From an uncultured Oscillospiraceae bacterium (lineage in GTDB: Bacteria; Bacillota; Clostridia; Oscillospirales; Ruminococcaceae), in the NCBI GenBank assembly GCA_965141735.1, contig CBCSOX010000001.1, positions 1-62,912 of the forward strand: DNA of 62,912 nt, read 5' to 3'. Positions 30,150 through 40,109 of this stretch are shown here, piece by piece. Every line of letters starts with the position of its first letter. The stretch's first letter is position 1. The notes below the pieces were generated by a model. That model had not been told where the DNA came from. It saw nothing but the letters and a program-made list of their open reading frames with translations, and did not search any database. Made by a program: the position numbers and the translations under genes.

Positions 30150-31442
30150 ATGAAACTATCAATTGCTGGAACCGGTTATGTCGGGCTTGTCACCGCGGTT
30201 TGCCTCGCCGAAAAGGGGCATCAGGTCACCTGTGTCGACGTGGACGAGAACAAAATTGAACAGATGAAGCAGGGAAAGAGCCCGATTTATGAGCCCGGCC
30301 TGGAAGAACTGATGCTGCGCAATTCCAGCCGCCTGACCTTTACGACGAATTACCGGGAGGCCTATCGCGATGCGGACGCCATTTTTATCGGCGTCGGAAC
30401 CCCGGAGAAACGAGATGGCTCCGCCAACCTCTCCTACATCTACAAGGTGGCCGAGCAGATCGCGGAATCTCTGGAACAGGACTGCGTCGTAGTCATCAAA
30501 TCCACCGTGCCCATCGGCACGAACGATAAGATTGAGGCCTTTTTGAAGAGCCGGCTCAAAAGCGGCGTGCAGATTCGCCTGGCCTCGAACCCGGAGTTTC
30601 TCGCGCAGGGGACCGCGATTCGGGACACCCTTCACGCCAGCCGAATTGTCATCGGGGTGGAGGATGCGGTTTCCGAACAGGTCATGCGGGAGGTTTACCA
30701 GGGGTTTGACGGCATTCCAGTGCTGGTGACCAACCGCCGCAGCGCGGAGATGATCAAATACGCCTCCAACGATTTTTTGGCGCTCAAAATCTCCTACATC
30801 AACGAAATCGCCAACCTGTGCGAGGTGGTGGGGGCCAACATCGAGGATGTGGCCAGCGGCATGGGACTGGACAGCCGCATCGGCAACCGCTTCCTCAAGG
30901 CGGGGATCGGATACGGCGGTTCCTGTTTTCCAAAGGACACCAAGGCGCTCTCCTGGCTTGCGAGCTACAATGACAACGAGCTCAAGACAGTCAAGGCCGC
31001 CATCGAGGTCAACGAGCAGCAAAAGCTCAAGCTGCTCAAAAAAGCGAGAAAATATTACCCCGATTTTGCGGGGCTCACCGTCGCCGTGCTGGGGCTTACC
31101 TTCAAACCGGGGACGGACGACCTGCGGGAAGCCCCCAGCCTGGTGAACATCCCCATCCTGTTGGAGGACGGGGCGCGTGTCAAGGCGTGGGATCCGGTCG
31201 GGGTGCCCAATTACCAAAAGGTATACCCCACTGAACTGACCTACTGCAGCACCATTGAGGAGACTTTGCAGGACGCTGATCTCTGTTTCATCTTTACCGA
31301 GTGGGATCAGGTCAAGCAGCTCACCCCAGAAGTATTCCGCAGCAGGATGAAAAAGGCGCTGATCTTTGACGGCAGAAACTGCTATGATCCCGCCCTCTTC
31401 CACGACTGCGGGGATGTTGTTTACGAGAGCATCGGACGCTGA
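30150..31442 (+). CDS. ugd: UDP-glucose 6-dehydrogenase
   Basis: GTGYVG, NPEFL, GYGGSCFPKD. Confidence 0.93.
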   Translation: MKLSIAGTGYVGLVTAVCLAEKGHQVTCVDVDENKIEQMKQGKSPIYEPGLEELMLRNSSRLTFTTNYREAYRDADAIFIGVGTPEKRDGSANLSYIYKVAEQIAESLEQDCVVVIKSTVPIGTNDKIEAFLKSRLKSGVQIRLASNPEFLAQGTAIRDTLHASRIVIGVEDAVSEQVMREVYQGFDGIPVLVTNRRSAEMIKYASNDFLALKISYINEIANLCEVVGANIEDVASGMGLDSRIGNRFLKAGIGYGGSCFPKDTKALSWLASYNDNELKTVKAAIEVNEQQKLKLLKKARKYYPDFAGLTVAVLGLTFKPGTDDLREAPSLVNIPILLEDGARVKAWDPVGVPNYQKVYPTELTYCSTIEETLQDADLCFIFTEWDQVKQLTPEVFRSRMKKALIFDGRNCYDPALFHDCGDVVYESIGR

Positions 31443-31484
31443 GCTTTTCGGGGCCAGCTCGATTGATAGGAAAGGAATACCGAT

Positions 31485-32531
31485 ATGTCAATTTTTCAGA
31501 ACAAGACGCTTCTCATCACCGGCGGCACCGGCTCGTTCGGCAACGCCGTGCTCAACCGTTTTTTGGACACCGACATCCGCGAAATCCGAATTTTTTCCCG
31601 TGACGAGAAAAAACAGGACGATATGCGCCATGAATTTCAGGCCAAGATGCCGCAGCTTGCCGACAAAATCAAATTTTTCATCGGGGACGTGCGGGACTTG
31701 GCGTCGGTCAAAAATGCGATGCACGGGGTGGACTACATTTTCCACGCCGCCGCGCTCAAGCAGGTGCCGAGCTGCGAGTTCTTCCCCCTCGAAGCGGTGA
31801 AAACCAACGTGATCGGGACCGAAAACGTGCTCACTGCGGCGATTGAGGCAGGGGTGCGCAACGTGATCTGCCTGTCGACCGACAAGGCGGCCTATCCGGT
31901 CAACGCGATGGGCACAAGCAAGGCGATGATGGAAAAGGTCATCGTCGCGAAATCCCGCACCGTTTCGCCGGAAAAAACCAAAATCTGCTGCACCCGGTAC
32001 GGCAACGTCATGTGCTCCCGCGGCTCGGTCATTCCGCTTTGGATTGAGCAGATCAAGGCGGGCAACCCGATCACCATCACCGACCCGTCGATGACGCGTT
32101 TTATCATGAGCCTGGACGAGGCGGTTGACCTGGTGCTGTTTGCCTTTGAACACGGCGTGTCGGGGGACATTCTGGTGCAAAAGGCGCCCGCCTGCACCAT
32201 CGACGTGCTCGCGCAGGCGGTCAAGGAGCTGTTCGGCTCAGCGGCGCCGGTTCAGGTCATCGGCATCCGCCACGGTGAAAAGCTGTACGAGACGCTGCTC
32301 ACCAACGAGGAGTGCGCCAACGCCACCGACATGGGGGATTTTTACCGCGTGCCCTGCGACAAACGCGACCTCAACTACGACAAGTTTTTCAGCGACGGCG
32401 ACCGGGAGCGCAACCTGCTGACCGAGTTCAACTCCAACAACACCCAGCTGCTGACCGTGGAACAGGTCAAGGAAAAGCTTGTGTCGCTGCAGTACATCCG
32501 CGATGAGCTCAGCGAGTGGGAGAACCGATGA
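31485..32531 (+). CDS. capE: UDP-GlcNAc 4,6-dehydratase/epimerase (CapE/FnlA)
   Basis: TGGTGSFG, FSRDEKKQ, AALKQVPSCEF, SRGSVIP. Confidence 0.88.
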   Translation: MSIFQNKTLLITGGTGSFGNAVLNRFLDTDIREIRIFSRDEKKQDDMRHEFQAKMPQLADKIKFFIGDVRDLASVKNAMHGVDYIFHAAALKQVPSCEFFPLEAVKTNVIGTENVLTAAIEAGVRNVICLSTDKAAYPVNAMGTSKAMMEKVIVAKSRTVSPEKTKICCTRYGNVMCSRGSVIPLWIEQIKAGNPITITDPSMTRFIMSLDEAVDLVLFAFEHGVSGDILVQKAPACTIDVLAQAVKELFGSAAPVQVIGIRHGEKLYETLLTNEECANATDMGDFYRVPCDKRDLNYDKFFSDGDRERNLLTEFNSNNTQLLTVEQVKEKLVSLQYIRDELSEWENR

Positions 32532-33700
32532 TGAACATTTTAGTGACTGGGGCCCGGGGATTTGTGGGCAAAAATCTCTGCGCAGCCCTCAAAAACATCG
32601 CGGAGGGAAAGGACCGCTCCTTCCCCCTCAGCCCTGACCTGCGCGTTTTGGAATACGACGTGCAGACCGATCCCGCGCTGCTCGACGGGTACTGCAAAGA
32701 CGCTGATTTTGTGTTCCACCTCGCTGGGGTCAACCGCCCGAAAGAACAAGAGGAATTTATGGAGGGGAATTTCGGCTTTACCTCCACACTGCTCGAGTTG
32801 CTCCAAAAACACCGCAACACCTGCCCGGTCATGCTCTCCTCCTCGATTCAGGCGGAGCTTGACAACCCCTATGGGCAGTCCAAAAAGGCGGGCGAGGACC
32901 TGTTGTTCCGCTATGCGGAGCGCACCGGCGCCAAGGTGCTGATCTACCGCTTTCCCAACCTGTTCGGCAAGTGGTGCCGGCCAAACTACAACTCGGCGGT
33001 CGCGACCTTCTGCCACAACATCGCGCACGGCCTGCCCATCCAGGTCAACGATCCCAGCCACCAGATGACGTTGGTTTACATTGACGATGTGGTCAGCGAG
33101 TTCATCCACGCCCTCTGCGGACAGGAGACGCGGGACGGGAAATTCTGCCGGGTAGAGCCGGAGCATCATGCCACCCTCGGCGAGATCGCAGATCAGATCA
33201 GAGCGTTTCAGCAGTACCCCCAAACCCTCGGGGTGCCCGATTTGACACAAGATTCCCTTGTCAAAAAGCTGTATTCCACCTATCTGTCCTATCTTCCCGA
33301 AAGCTGCTTTGCTTACAAGCTCAAAATGAACAAGGACGAGCGGGGCAGCTTCACCGAGATCCTCCGCACCGCTGCGAGCGGGCAGTTTTCGGTCAACATC
33401 TCCAAACCGGGGATCACCAAGGGCAACCACTGGCACAACACCAAAAACGAGAAGTTCGTGGTGGTGCACGGCCGCGGCCTCATCCAGCTGCGCAGGATTG
33501 GAACCGACGAAAACGGCCAGCCCTATCCGGTGGTGAATTACGAGGTGTGCGGCGAGGAGATCACAGTGGTGGAGATGATCCCGGGCTACACCCACAACAT
33601 TGTCAACCTGTCGGACACCGAGGAACTCGTGACCTTTATGTGGGCAAACGAGGCCTTTGACCCGGAAAAACCGGATACATTTTTTGAGGTGGTGGAGTAA
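32528..33700 (+). CDS. capF: CapF/FnlB reductase-epimerase (SDR plus cupin)
   Basis: LAGVNRP, NLFGKWCRPNYNS, KGNHWH.TK.EKF. Confidence 0.88.
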   Translation: MMNILVTGARGFVGKNLCAALKNIAEGKDRSFPLSPDLRVLEYDVQTDPALLDGYCKDADFVFHLAGVNRPKEQEEFMEGNFGFTSTLLELLQKHRNTCPVMLSSSIQAELDNPYGQSKKAGEDLLFRYAERTGAKVLIYRFPNLFGKWCRPNYNSAVATFCHNIAHGLPIQVNDPSHQMTLVYIDDVVSEFIHALCGQETRDGKFCRVEPEHHATLGEIADQIRAFQQYPQTLGVPDLTQDSLVKKLYSTYLSYLPESCFAYKLKMNKDERGSFTEILRTAASGQFSVNISKPGITKGNHWHNTKNEKFVVVHGRGLIQLRRIGTDENGQPYPVVNYEVCGEEITVVEMIPGYTHNIVNLSDTEELVTFMWANEAFDPEKPDTFFEVVE

Positions 33701-34884
33701 TGCAGAAAAAAACCGACTATTCCCGTGTGCAGTTTCAGAATGACGGCCGGCTCAAGCTGCTCATCATCGTGGGCACCCGGCCAGAGATCATCCGCCTCGC
33801 CGCGACGATCAGCAAATGCAGGCAGTATTTTGACTGTCTCCTCGCCCACACCGGGCAGAACTACGACTACAACCTCAACGGGGTGTTTTTCCACGATTTA
33901 AAGCTGGACGACCCCGACGTGTATATGGACGCAGTCGGCGACGACCTGGGGGAGACGATCGGCAACATCATCGACTGCTCCTACAAGCTGATGAGCCAGG
34001 TGAAGCCGGATGCGCTGCTGATTCTGGGCGACACCAACAGCTGCCTGTCCGCGATTGCGGCAAAACGGCTGCACATCCCGATCTTTCACATGGAGGCCGG
34101 CAACCGCTGCAAGGATGAGTGCCTGCCGGAGGAGACCAACCGGCGGATTGTGGACATTATTTCAGATGTCAACCTCTGCTACAGCGAGCACGCACGCCGG
34201 TATCTGGCGGAAAACGGCCTGCCCAAGGAGCGCACCTATGTCACCGGGTCCCCCATGGCGGAGGTGCTCCGCCAAAATCTCGCTGAGATTCAAGCGAGCG
34301 GCATCCACGAAAAGCTCGGGCTCCAAAAAGGGGGCTATATCCTGCTCTCGGCCCACCGTGAGGAAAACATCGACACCGAAAAAAACTTTCTCTCGCTGTT
34401 TCGGGCGATCAACGCGCTCGCCGAAACATACGACATGCCGATTTTGTACTCCTGTCACCCCCGGAGCAAAAAACGGCTGGAATCGAGCGGATTTGCCCTC
34501 GACCCCCGGGTCATTCAGCATGAGCCGCTCGGCTTCCACGACTACAACTGCCTGCAGATGAACGCCTTTGCGGTGGTTTCGGATTCGGGCACGCTGCCGG
34601 AGGAAAGCTCGTTTTTCACCTCGGTTGGCCATCCCTTCCCCGCGGTCTGCATCCGCACCTCGACCGAACGGCCGGAGGCGCTCGACAAGGCCTGCTTTCT
34701 TCTGGCCGGCATTGACCAAACCTCTCTGCTGCAGGCGGTGAAAACCGCAGTTGAGATGAACCAGAACGGCGATTACGGCATACCAGTTCCCACCTATGTG
34801 GAGGAAAACGTCTCCACCAAGGTGGTCAAAATCATCCAGTCCTACACCAATGTGGTCAACAAAATGGTCTGGCGCAAAAACTAA
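33700..34884 (+). CDS. capG: UDP-L-FucNAc pathway 2-epimerase (CapG/FnlC)
   Basis: GTRPEIIRL, HTGQNYD, MEAGNRC, HREEN. Confidence 0.88.
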   Translation: MQKKTDYSRVQFQNDGRLKLLIIVGTRPEIIRLAATISKCRQYFDCLLAHTGQNYDYNLNGVFFHDLKLDDPDVYMDAVGDDLGETIGNIIDCSYKLMSQVKPDALLILGDTNSCLSAIAAKRLHIPIFHMEAGNRCKDECLPEETNRRIVDIISDVNLCYSEHARRYLAENGLPKERTYVTGSPMAEVLRQNLAEIQASGIHEKLGLQKGGYILLSAHREENIDTEKNFLSLFRAINALAETYDMPILYSCHPRSKKRLESSGFALDPRVIQHEPLGFHDYNCLQMNAFAVVSDSGTLPEESSFFTSVGHPFPAVCIRTSTERPEALDKACFLLAGIDQTSLLQAVKTAVEMNQNGDYGIPVPTYVEENVSTKVVKIIQSYTNVVNKMVWRKN

Positions 34885-34896
34885 GCACATTGCGGT

Positions 34897-34931
34897 AAAA
34901 GAGCCCCGTCTCAGTGTACGGGGCTCTTTTT
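34897..34931 (+). terminator. Terminator of the polysaccharide operon
   Basis: aaaagagccccgt...acggggctcttttt. Confidence 0.8.
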
Positions 34932-35329
34932 GCGCGCTTTTTGGACACGCACCGCGCAGAAGACAGGGTGGGTTCCCCGCCGTCTGTATCGCTCACTCCG
35001 CTCCGATGTGGGCGGTGTGAAAAGAGGGATGGCCGCCATGGCTGTGCCCCAGAAGCCCCTGAACCGCTCTGGTCCTGCCGCCCAACACCTCGGAACCGCG
35101 CAGCACACCGGGGCCGGCCTGACGAACACGGCCTGCGGATGAAACGGCTCGTTTCGGCCTGCTGTCAAAATACCCGGTCCCCCAGGGCCGACACAGGCGT
35201 TTCAGTTGGCAGCTGGAGGTATCTTTATTCAATGTCTGCTAATCTTATTTACTGGACATTCAGTCTCAAACAAAGCTGTCAGCGCGGTTGGGGCAGGGTT
35301 AAAACAGAGACACTAAAAGAGCAAAGAGA

Positions 35330-35365
35330 AAGGGAGCTGCGCCGATTTGGCGCAGCTCCCGTTTC
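35330..35365 (-). terminator. Terminator of the RRE cassette operon
   Basis: gggagctgcgcc-gattt-ggcgcagctccc with U-rich tail on the minus strand. Confidence 0.7.
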
Positions 35366-35393
35366 TGTTGGACGCTTTACCGCCGCTCTCCGG

Positions 35394-37094
35394 TCACAGC
35401 GGTGAGGGCTCGCCCCTCTCTTCGCGGCAGATGATCTTTTGATCCACGATGCGGACCCGTTTGTTGCAGATGCTCAGGGCCGCCTTTTTGTGGGAGACGA
35501 TGACCAGCGTGTAGGCGCGCAGCTCCCTCAGGTTGCGCAGCAGCTGTTCCTCGGTCTGCTCGTCGAGCGCGGAGGTCGCCTCGTCGAGCAGCAGAACCGG
35601 GGCGCCGCTGAGCAGCATCCGGGCAATGGCGAGCCGCTGCACCTGCCCTTCGGACAGCCCGGCCCCCTTCTCCCCGATCACCGTGTCAAGCCCCTGGGGC
35701 AGCTGGCGGACAAACTCCTCGGCGCAGCTGACCCGGATCGCCTCGTCGATCTGCTCCTGGGTGACGCCGGGGCGGATGAGGGTGATGTTCTCCCGGATGG
35801 TGCCGGAAAACAGGTAGTTCCCCTGCGGCACATACCCGAACAGCCTGCGGGTGCTCCGGTCAGCGGGAACCTTCCCCTCCCCGTCTGTCTCGAGGGAAAT
35901 CCTGCCGGCATACCCGGGGTAGAGGCCGAGCAGCAGCTTGAGAAGGGTGCTTTTTCCAATGCCTGAAATCCCCTCGATCGCGACAAAGTCGTATTTGTCA
36001 ATCTGCAGGCCGGCGCCCTCAAACAGCGTCTCCCGGTCGTAGCGGAAGGTCAGGTTCTCAAAGCAGATGCTGCGCAGACCGGCGTAAAGGGCCTGTGCAT
36101 CCCGCTGATCCGCCGCGCCGGCCTCGTCGGGCAGCTGCTCTATCTCGATGATCCGCTCAGCGGAGGCGAGCATGCTGTAGTACTTGGGCAGAAAGCCGGA
36201 GAGGTTGGCAAACGGTTGCTGCACCTGTCCGACCAGCTGAAGCACCGCTGTGAGCGAACCAAAGCTCATGCTCCCCTCAAAGAGGCGGAAGGCGCCCCAC
36301 AACAGGGCGTAGAGATACCCTGTTTGAAAAATCAGGCCAAACCCCGCGTTCGCCAGGATGCCGACGGTGCGGCGCTTCATCCGGGCGCGGTAGTGCTCCT
36401 GCTGGATCCGTTCCGACTTGGCGAGCATGCTGTTTTGAATGTCAAAGACCTTGACAATGGCGAGGCTGCCGAGCACCTCCTGCAAAAAGGAACGGACCTC
36501 CCCGTCCTTTTGCTGCACCTGTTTGTGCATCCGCTTCATCCTGCCCCGGAACACCCGGCTCACCCCAAAGAGGAGGGCGCCCCCGATGACAAAGACAAGG
36601 GCGAACACCCGGTCAAACAGGATGAGCACGCCGAGCGCGCAGCTGATGCGGGTGAGCAGCGAAAAGAGGTTGGGCAAAAGCGTCGCCACCCCATCGCTGA
36701 CCACCACCACGTCGTTTGTCAGCCGGTTGAGCAGCTCGCCGCTGTGAAACTGCGTCACCTCGGAATACCCCTTTTGCAGCAGAGATTCAAACAGGCCGCT
36801 CTTGTAGAGCATCTCGAGCTTCGCCTTGATCCGCTCCTCAAGGGAACGACAGGCCAGGCGAAGGACAAACTGGGCGAGGATAATTCCCAAAAGCGCGGCC
36901 GCGTAAACAGCGAGCCCCTGCCGGTGCCCTGCGACCGCCGAGTCGATCACACCGCGGCAGGCGAGCGCAAACAGCGCCGCCGTTGAGGCGAGGAGGGTGT
37001 TGCCGAGGATCAGCAGCACCATGGGGACAAGCTGCTTTTTGGATGTGCGAAACAGCCAGCGCAGCGCCTGGGCGTTCTCTGAGCGTCGAGCCAT
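35394..37094 (-). CDS. ABC exporter (TMD+NBD, no C39 domain)
   Basis: Six TM segments, GISGIGKST, LSEGQVQR, LLDEATSALD. Confidence 0.92.
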   Translation of the reverse strand: MARRSENAQALRWLFRTSKKQLVPMVLLILGNTLLASTAALFALACRGVIDSAVAGHRQGLAVYAAALLGIILAQFVLRLACRSLEERIKAKLEMLYKSGLFESLLQKGYSEVTQFHSGELLNRLTNDVVVVSDGVATLLPNLFSLLTRISCALGVLILFDRVFALVFVIGGALLFGVSRVFRGRMKRMHKQVQQKDGEVRSFLQEVLGSLAIVKVFDIQNSMLAKSERIQQEHYRARMKRRTVGILANAGFGLIFQTGYLYALLWGAFRLFEGSMSFGSLTAVLQLVGQVQQPFANLSGFLPKYYSMLASAERIIEIEQLPDEAGAADQRDAQALYAGLRSICFENLTFRYDRETLFEGAGLQIDKYDFVAIEGISGIGKSTLLKLLLGLYPGYAGRISLETDGEGKVPADRSTRRLFGYVPQGNYLFSGTIRENITLIRPGVTQEQIDEAIRVSCAEEFVRQLPQGLDTVIGEKGAGLSEGQVQRLAIARMLLSGAPVLLLDEATSALDEQTEEQLLRNLRELRAYTLVIVSHKKAALSICNKRVRIVDQKIICREERGEPSPL

Positions 37095-37118
37095 CCGACA
37101 GACCTCCCTTCCCGTGAC

Positions 37119-38333
37119 TCACAGGTCAAGCGCGCGGTAGAGCTGTTTGAGCTGTGAAATTTCCTGTTCGTCCAGATGTTTGATCGACTGCACCTCGGCG
37201 TTTACATAGTTGGAGCGAAACAGCGCCGTCTTTGCCAGCCGCCCGACCCAGTAAAAGGGCAGCAGGCCGGGCGCGCGCTCGAGCTTTGGAAAGATGTATT
37301 CCATGGCCTGGCGGTCGGGGAAGAGGCGGCGCAGGGTGTAGCGCAGGCGGGACCCGGACGACACCCCCCGCTGCTCGCTGCGCATGAGGTTGAGGCTGAC
37401 CAGCGTCTGCACTGTCCCCATCGCGCCGCTGCGGAACAAAAACGAGGTGAGGGTGTCGAGCACCGCCGGGCTGCACTCCTCTGAGAGAGAGGCGAAAAAC
37501 GGGCTGATTTCCCTGCACTCGGGAAACAGGTGCGGCCCCAGCTCGAGAAAGTGCCGGTGCACCTTGGTCAGGCCGTAGCGCTCGAGCTGGGCATCCATCT
37601 CTTCCCAGTCCAGCTTGTCCGCGTACCGGAGGAGAAACAACATCTGATCGAGCACCGAGCGCAGACCCGCCCCGGCGACGCGCAGATGCTTGCTGGTGTG
37701 CAGCATCAAATAGAGGTAACTGTCTTCCAGGGTGAGCTGGCGCACCGCTTGATACCCCTGGTAGGGTACCGCCCGTTTCCACGCCTGTTTGGAGAACTCC
37801 CGCCAGCTGGACGGGGTGTGAAAGAGTTTGTTGTGGATCTCCACGTTGAGATTGGGCGCCTTGCAGTAGACGTCGTGGCAGCCGCCGCGGTGCTGCAGGG
37901 CGTAACCGAGCGACTCCATCACCTGTTCCACCTGTCCGAACTGGCGGGCGTCGCAGAGGATGTCGACGTCGACCGACAGCCGCAGATAGGGTTTGGGATA
38001 GAGCTCTTTGAGCAGCAGCCCTTTGAGCGGCACGCAGCGCACCCCTGTTTTCTCCAGGGCGGAGAGGATGTTCTGCGCCTCGACCTCCTGTATCGCCTCG
38101 CGGGCAACCGAGCGGTTGCGCATCTCAAGGCTCACCGCGAGAATGTCGGCTGGGACGTCAAACACAGCCCGCCGAAAGCCGTCGTAGAGAAACCCGCTGA
38201 GGGAGGAGTGGGCCGCAAGACGGCACATCTTTTGGTAGTCCATCTGCTGCTGGGGAGGGGCAAGCTCTTTGTCAAAGAGAACCGCCCTGAGGAGCTCGAT
38301 AAAATAGTTTTCTTCTGCCGTCTGACGGATCAA
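37119..38333 (-). CDS. Nucleotidyltransferase (NTP_transf_5-like)
   Basis: LKG..L..LYP....R.S.DVDIL, VEIH, H..KH...G.GLR..D. Confidence 0.85.
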   Translation of the reverse strand: MIRQTAEENYFIELLRAVLFDKELAPPQQQMDYQKMCRLAAHSSLSGFLYDGFRRAVFDVPADILAVSLEMRNRSVAREAIQEVEAQNILSALEKTGVRCVPLKGLLLKELYPKPYLRLSVDVDILCDARQFGQVEQVMESLGYALQHRGGCHDVYCKAPNLNVEIHNKLFHTPSSWREFSKQAWKRAVPYQGYQAVRQLTLEDSYLYLMLHTSKHLRVAGAGLRSVLDQMLFLLRYADKLDWEEMDAQLERYGLTKVHRHFLELGPHLFPECREISPFFASLSEECSPAVLDTLTSFLFRSGAMGTVQTLVSLNLMRSEQRGVSSGSRLRYTLRRLFPDRQAMEYIFPKLERAPGLLPFYWVGRLAKTALFRSNYVNAEVQSIKHLDEQEISQLKQLYRALDL

Positions 38334-38345
38334 CCCGCCGTCACC

Positions 38346-38843
38346 TCACTTTCTTTGCGCAGACCCGCGCCGGAAAATCACCCGACGCACCCAGCGCAGC
38401 CCGCGGATCACCACGCCGCGCAGCGGCCGGCAGGCGGTCCACACCGCGGCGTACCCGCGGTAAAGGGGAGAATCCACCCGAATCTCCCTCTTCCCGCGGG
38501 TGAATTTGATCAGGACGCCCGCGATCTGCTCCGGGCGGACGCCCCGTTCCACTTGGTACTGGTTGTCCCCGCAGAGGGAAAAACAGTCGCCCTCCCGGCC
38601 GACAATGCGGTGCAGCCAAAACTGCCCGTTGTTCCGGCGGTAGAGGACGACGTCATACTTTCTAGGAGGCCTCTTCGCCGGACTGCACAGCAGCACCGTG
38701 TCCCGCCGCTCCCGCAGCATCGGCAGCATGCTCCGGCCGGTGGGGCGGAAGCGGAAGGCGCCGCCCTGTGCGAACACGTCCTCCATGAGCAGGGCGATCT
38801 GCTCCATCTTGAGCGCCTGGGGCTTGGGGTTATTCCTCGACAA
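38346..38843 (-). CDS. Soluble S24/S26-family peptidase (Ser-His type)
   Basis: G.SMLP.L, LHRI, GDN, no TM anchor. Confidence 0.85.
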   Translation of the reverse strand: MSRNNPKPQALKMEQIALLMEDVFAQGGAFRFRPTGRSMLPMLRERRDTVLLCSPAKRPPRKYDVVLYRRNNGQFWLHRIVGREGDCFSLCGDNQYQVERGVRPEQIAGVLIKFTRGKREIRVDSPLYRGYAAVWTACRPLRGVVIRGLRWVRRVIFRRGSAQRK

Positions 38844-39096
38844 GGCCCGCCTCCCGCGCCTTGTGCAAAAACGCGTCCACGTCGTGTGCCGCCCTCTCCT
38901 CCGACACCTCGTAAGCCGCGAGCAGCGCTTGGATCAGCTGCTGCCGGCTGGTTTCCTGCTGCATGGCCTCCCACAGGAAAATGCCGGTTTCGTTGAGGGT
39001 GGCCATCCCGTTAAAATGCTCCGACGCTTTACCAACAGGGGCCACAACCCCCATGCCGTCCATCTTTCTGAGCAAAAAGCCCTCTTTGATCTTCAT
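38830..39096 (-). CDS. PqqD-family RiPP recognition element (RRE)
   Basis: 88 aa, LNETGIFLWE..., YEVSEERAAHDVDAFL...GLVE. Confidence 0.9.
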   Translation of the reverse strand: MKIKEGFLLRKMDGMGVVAPVGKASEHFNGMATLNETGIFLWEAMQQETSRQQLIQALLAAYEVSEERAAHDVDAFLHKAREAGLVEE

Positions 39097-39108
39097 TGTG
39101 CCTGCCTC

Positions 39109-39825
39109 CTAACATTGTTGGCCGCCCGCCATCGCCTCGTGCGCGGTGCGGGCGGCGTCTGTGCCGATGGTGCACTGCATCCGGTAGAGCGGCGCGGTCT
39201 CGAGCACCGATTGCAGCACCCCCAGCAGCCGCTCCATGTCCTGCTGATAGAGCGAGTGGATCGTCTGGTCAAACAAAAACGCGACCGCCTCCCGGGGGGA
39301 AATCCGTCCTATCTTATTTTGACTCCCCCGCTCGAGCAGGCAGATCCCGCCGACCGGGACGCATCGGTTCTGACTGAGGGGGGTTTTGCCCGAAAAAGGG
39401 GTGCCGCAGGCGCACAGCTGCCCCCCGATCCAGCGCAGCGCGGGCTTGTCGTCGTTGAGAATCGCCGCGCGCGCCCCAAACAGCTTCAGCCACTGGGCGG
39501 TGTGGGTCGATTTACCCGTCCCCGAGTGGGCGGTGAACAGGTAGGCGCGCCCATCCAGGGCGACCGCAGACGCGTGCAGCATCATGCCGTCAAACCGCAG
39601 CAGGGAGCGGTAAAAGCAGGAGCCGAACCGGAGATACTCGCACTGGTCCTCCCCGAGCGACGGGTTTGCCTGCTGCATCCTGTCGATATAGCCCTGCGGC
39701 TGGCGGATCACAATATCCGCCCGGCGGCCCGGCGCGGGCAGCTCGTAGGGGGCCGCCCGGCTCAAGAGGGTGGGATGAACCGGCTCCATGTCCACCACAA
39801 GCCCCGCAATTTCATAAAGCGCCAT
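39109..39825 (-). CDS. HPr-kinase-like peptide kinase
   Basis: LHASAV, Walker A SGTGKST, NDD, GTPFSGK. Confidence 0.85.
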   Translation of the reverse strand: MALYEIAGLVVDMEPVHPTLLSRAAPYELPAPGRRADIVIRQPQGYIDRMQQANPSLGEDQCEYLRFGSCFYRSLLRFDGMMLHASAVALDGRAYLFTAHSGTGKSTHTAQWLKLFGARAAILNDDKPALRWIGGQLCACGTPFSGKTPLSQNRCVPVGGICLLERGSQNKIGRISPREAVAFLFDQTIHSLYQQDMERLLGVLQSVLETAPLYRMQCTIGTDAARTAHEAMAGGQQC

Positions 39826-40006
39826 TGGCAAGTTCCTTTGCTAAAAACTGTTGAATATTCATTAAATAAGAATAACAGAAAACAAAGGGAAAATCAATGC
39901 AACCACAAAAATTCTAAAAAAAGGAACCAGAGAAACAGATTCCAGCATCTTCCTGCATTTCCTTTCATTATTTTGCTTTAAAGCCCTGTTTTTATGCAAT
40001 AAAATG

Positions 40007-40035
40007 TTGACAAAAGGATTCAAATCCCTTATATT
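40007..40035 (+). promoter_or_regulatory. Sigma-A promoter of the surface protein/precursor operon
   Basis: TTGACA-N17-TATATT, with a GGATT/AATCC inverted repeat in the spacer. Confidence 0.6.
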
Positions 40036-40109
40036 AAAATAAATAGATATGTGTTCTATATGCATTTCTATATAAGTAGGAAAATCATTCTAGAGGAGGA
40101 AACGAATGC

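Noticed and set aside
13590..34890. Long antisense ORFs across the polysaccharide locus, and similar shadows over the GH106, surface-protein and par genes
   Set aside because: Expected shadow frames of GC3-rich genes, with no motifs or RBS.
40044..40076. Additional nonamer array upstream of the surface protein
   Set aside because: Weak match in generally AT-rich promoter DNA, with no TGTA-N3-TACA core.
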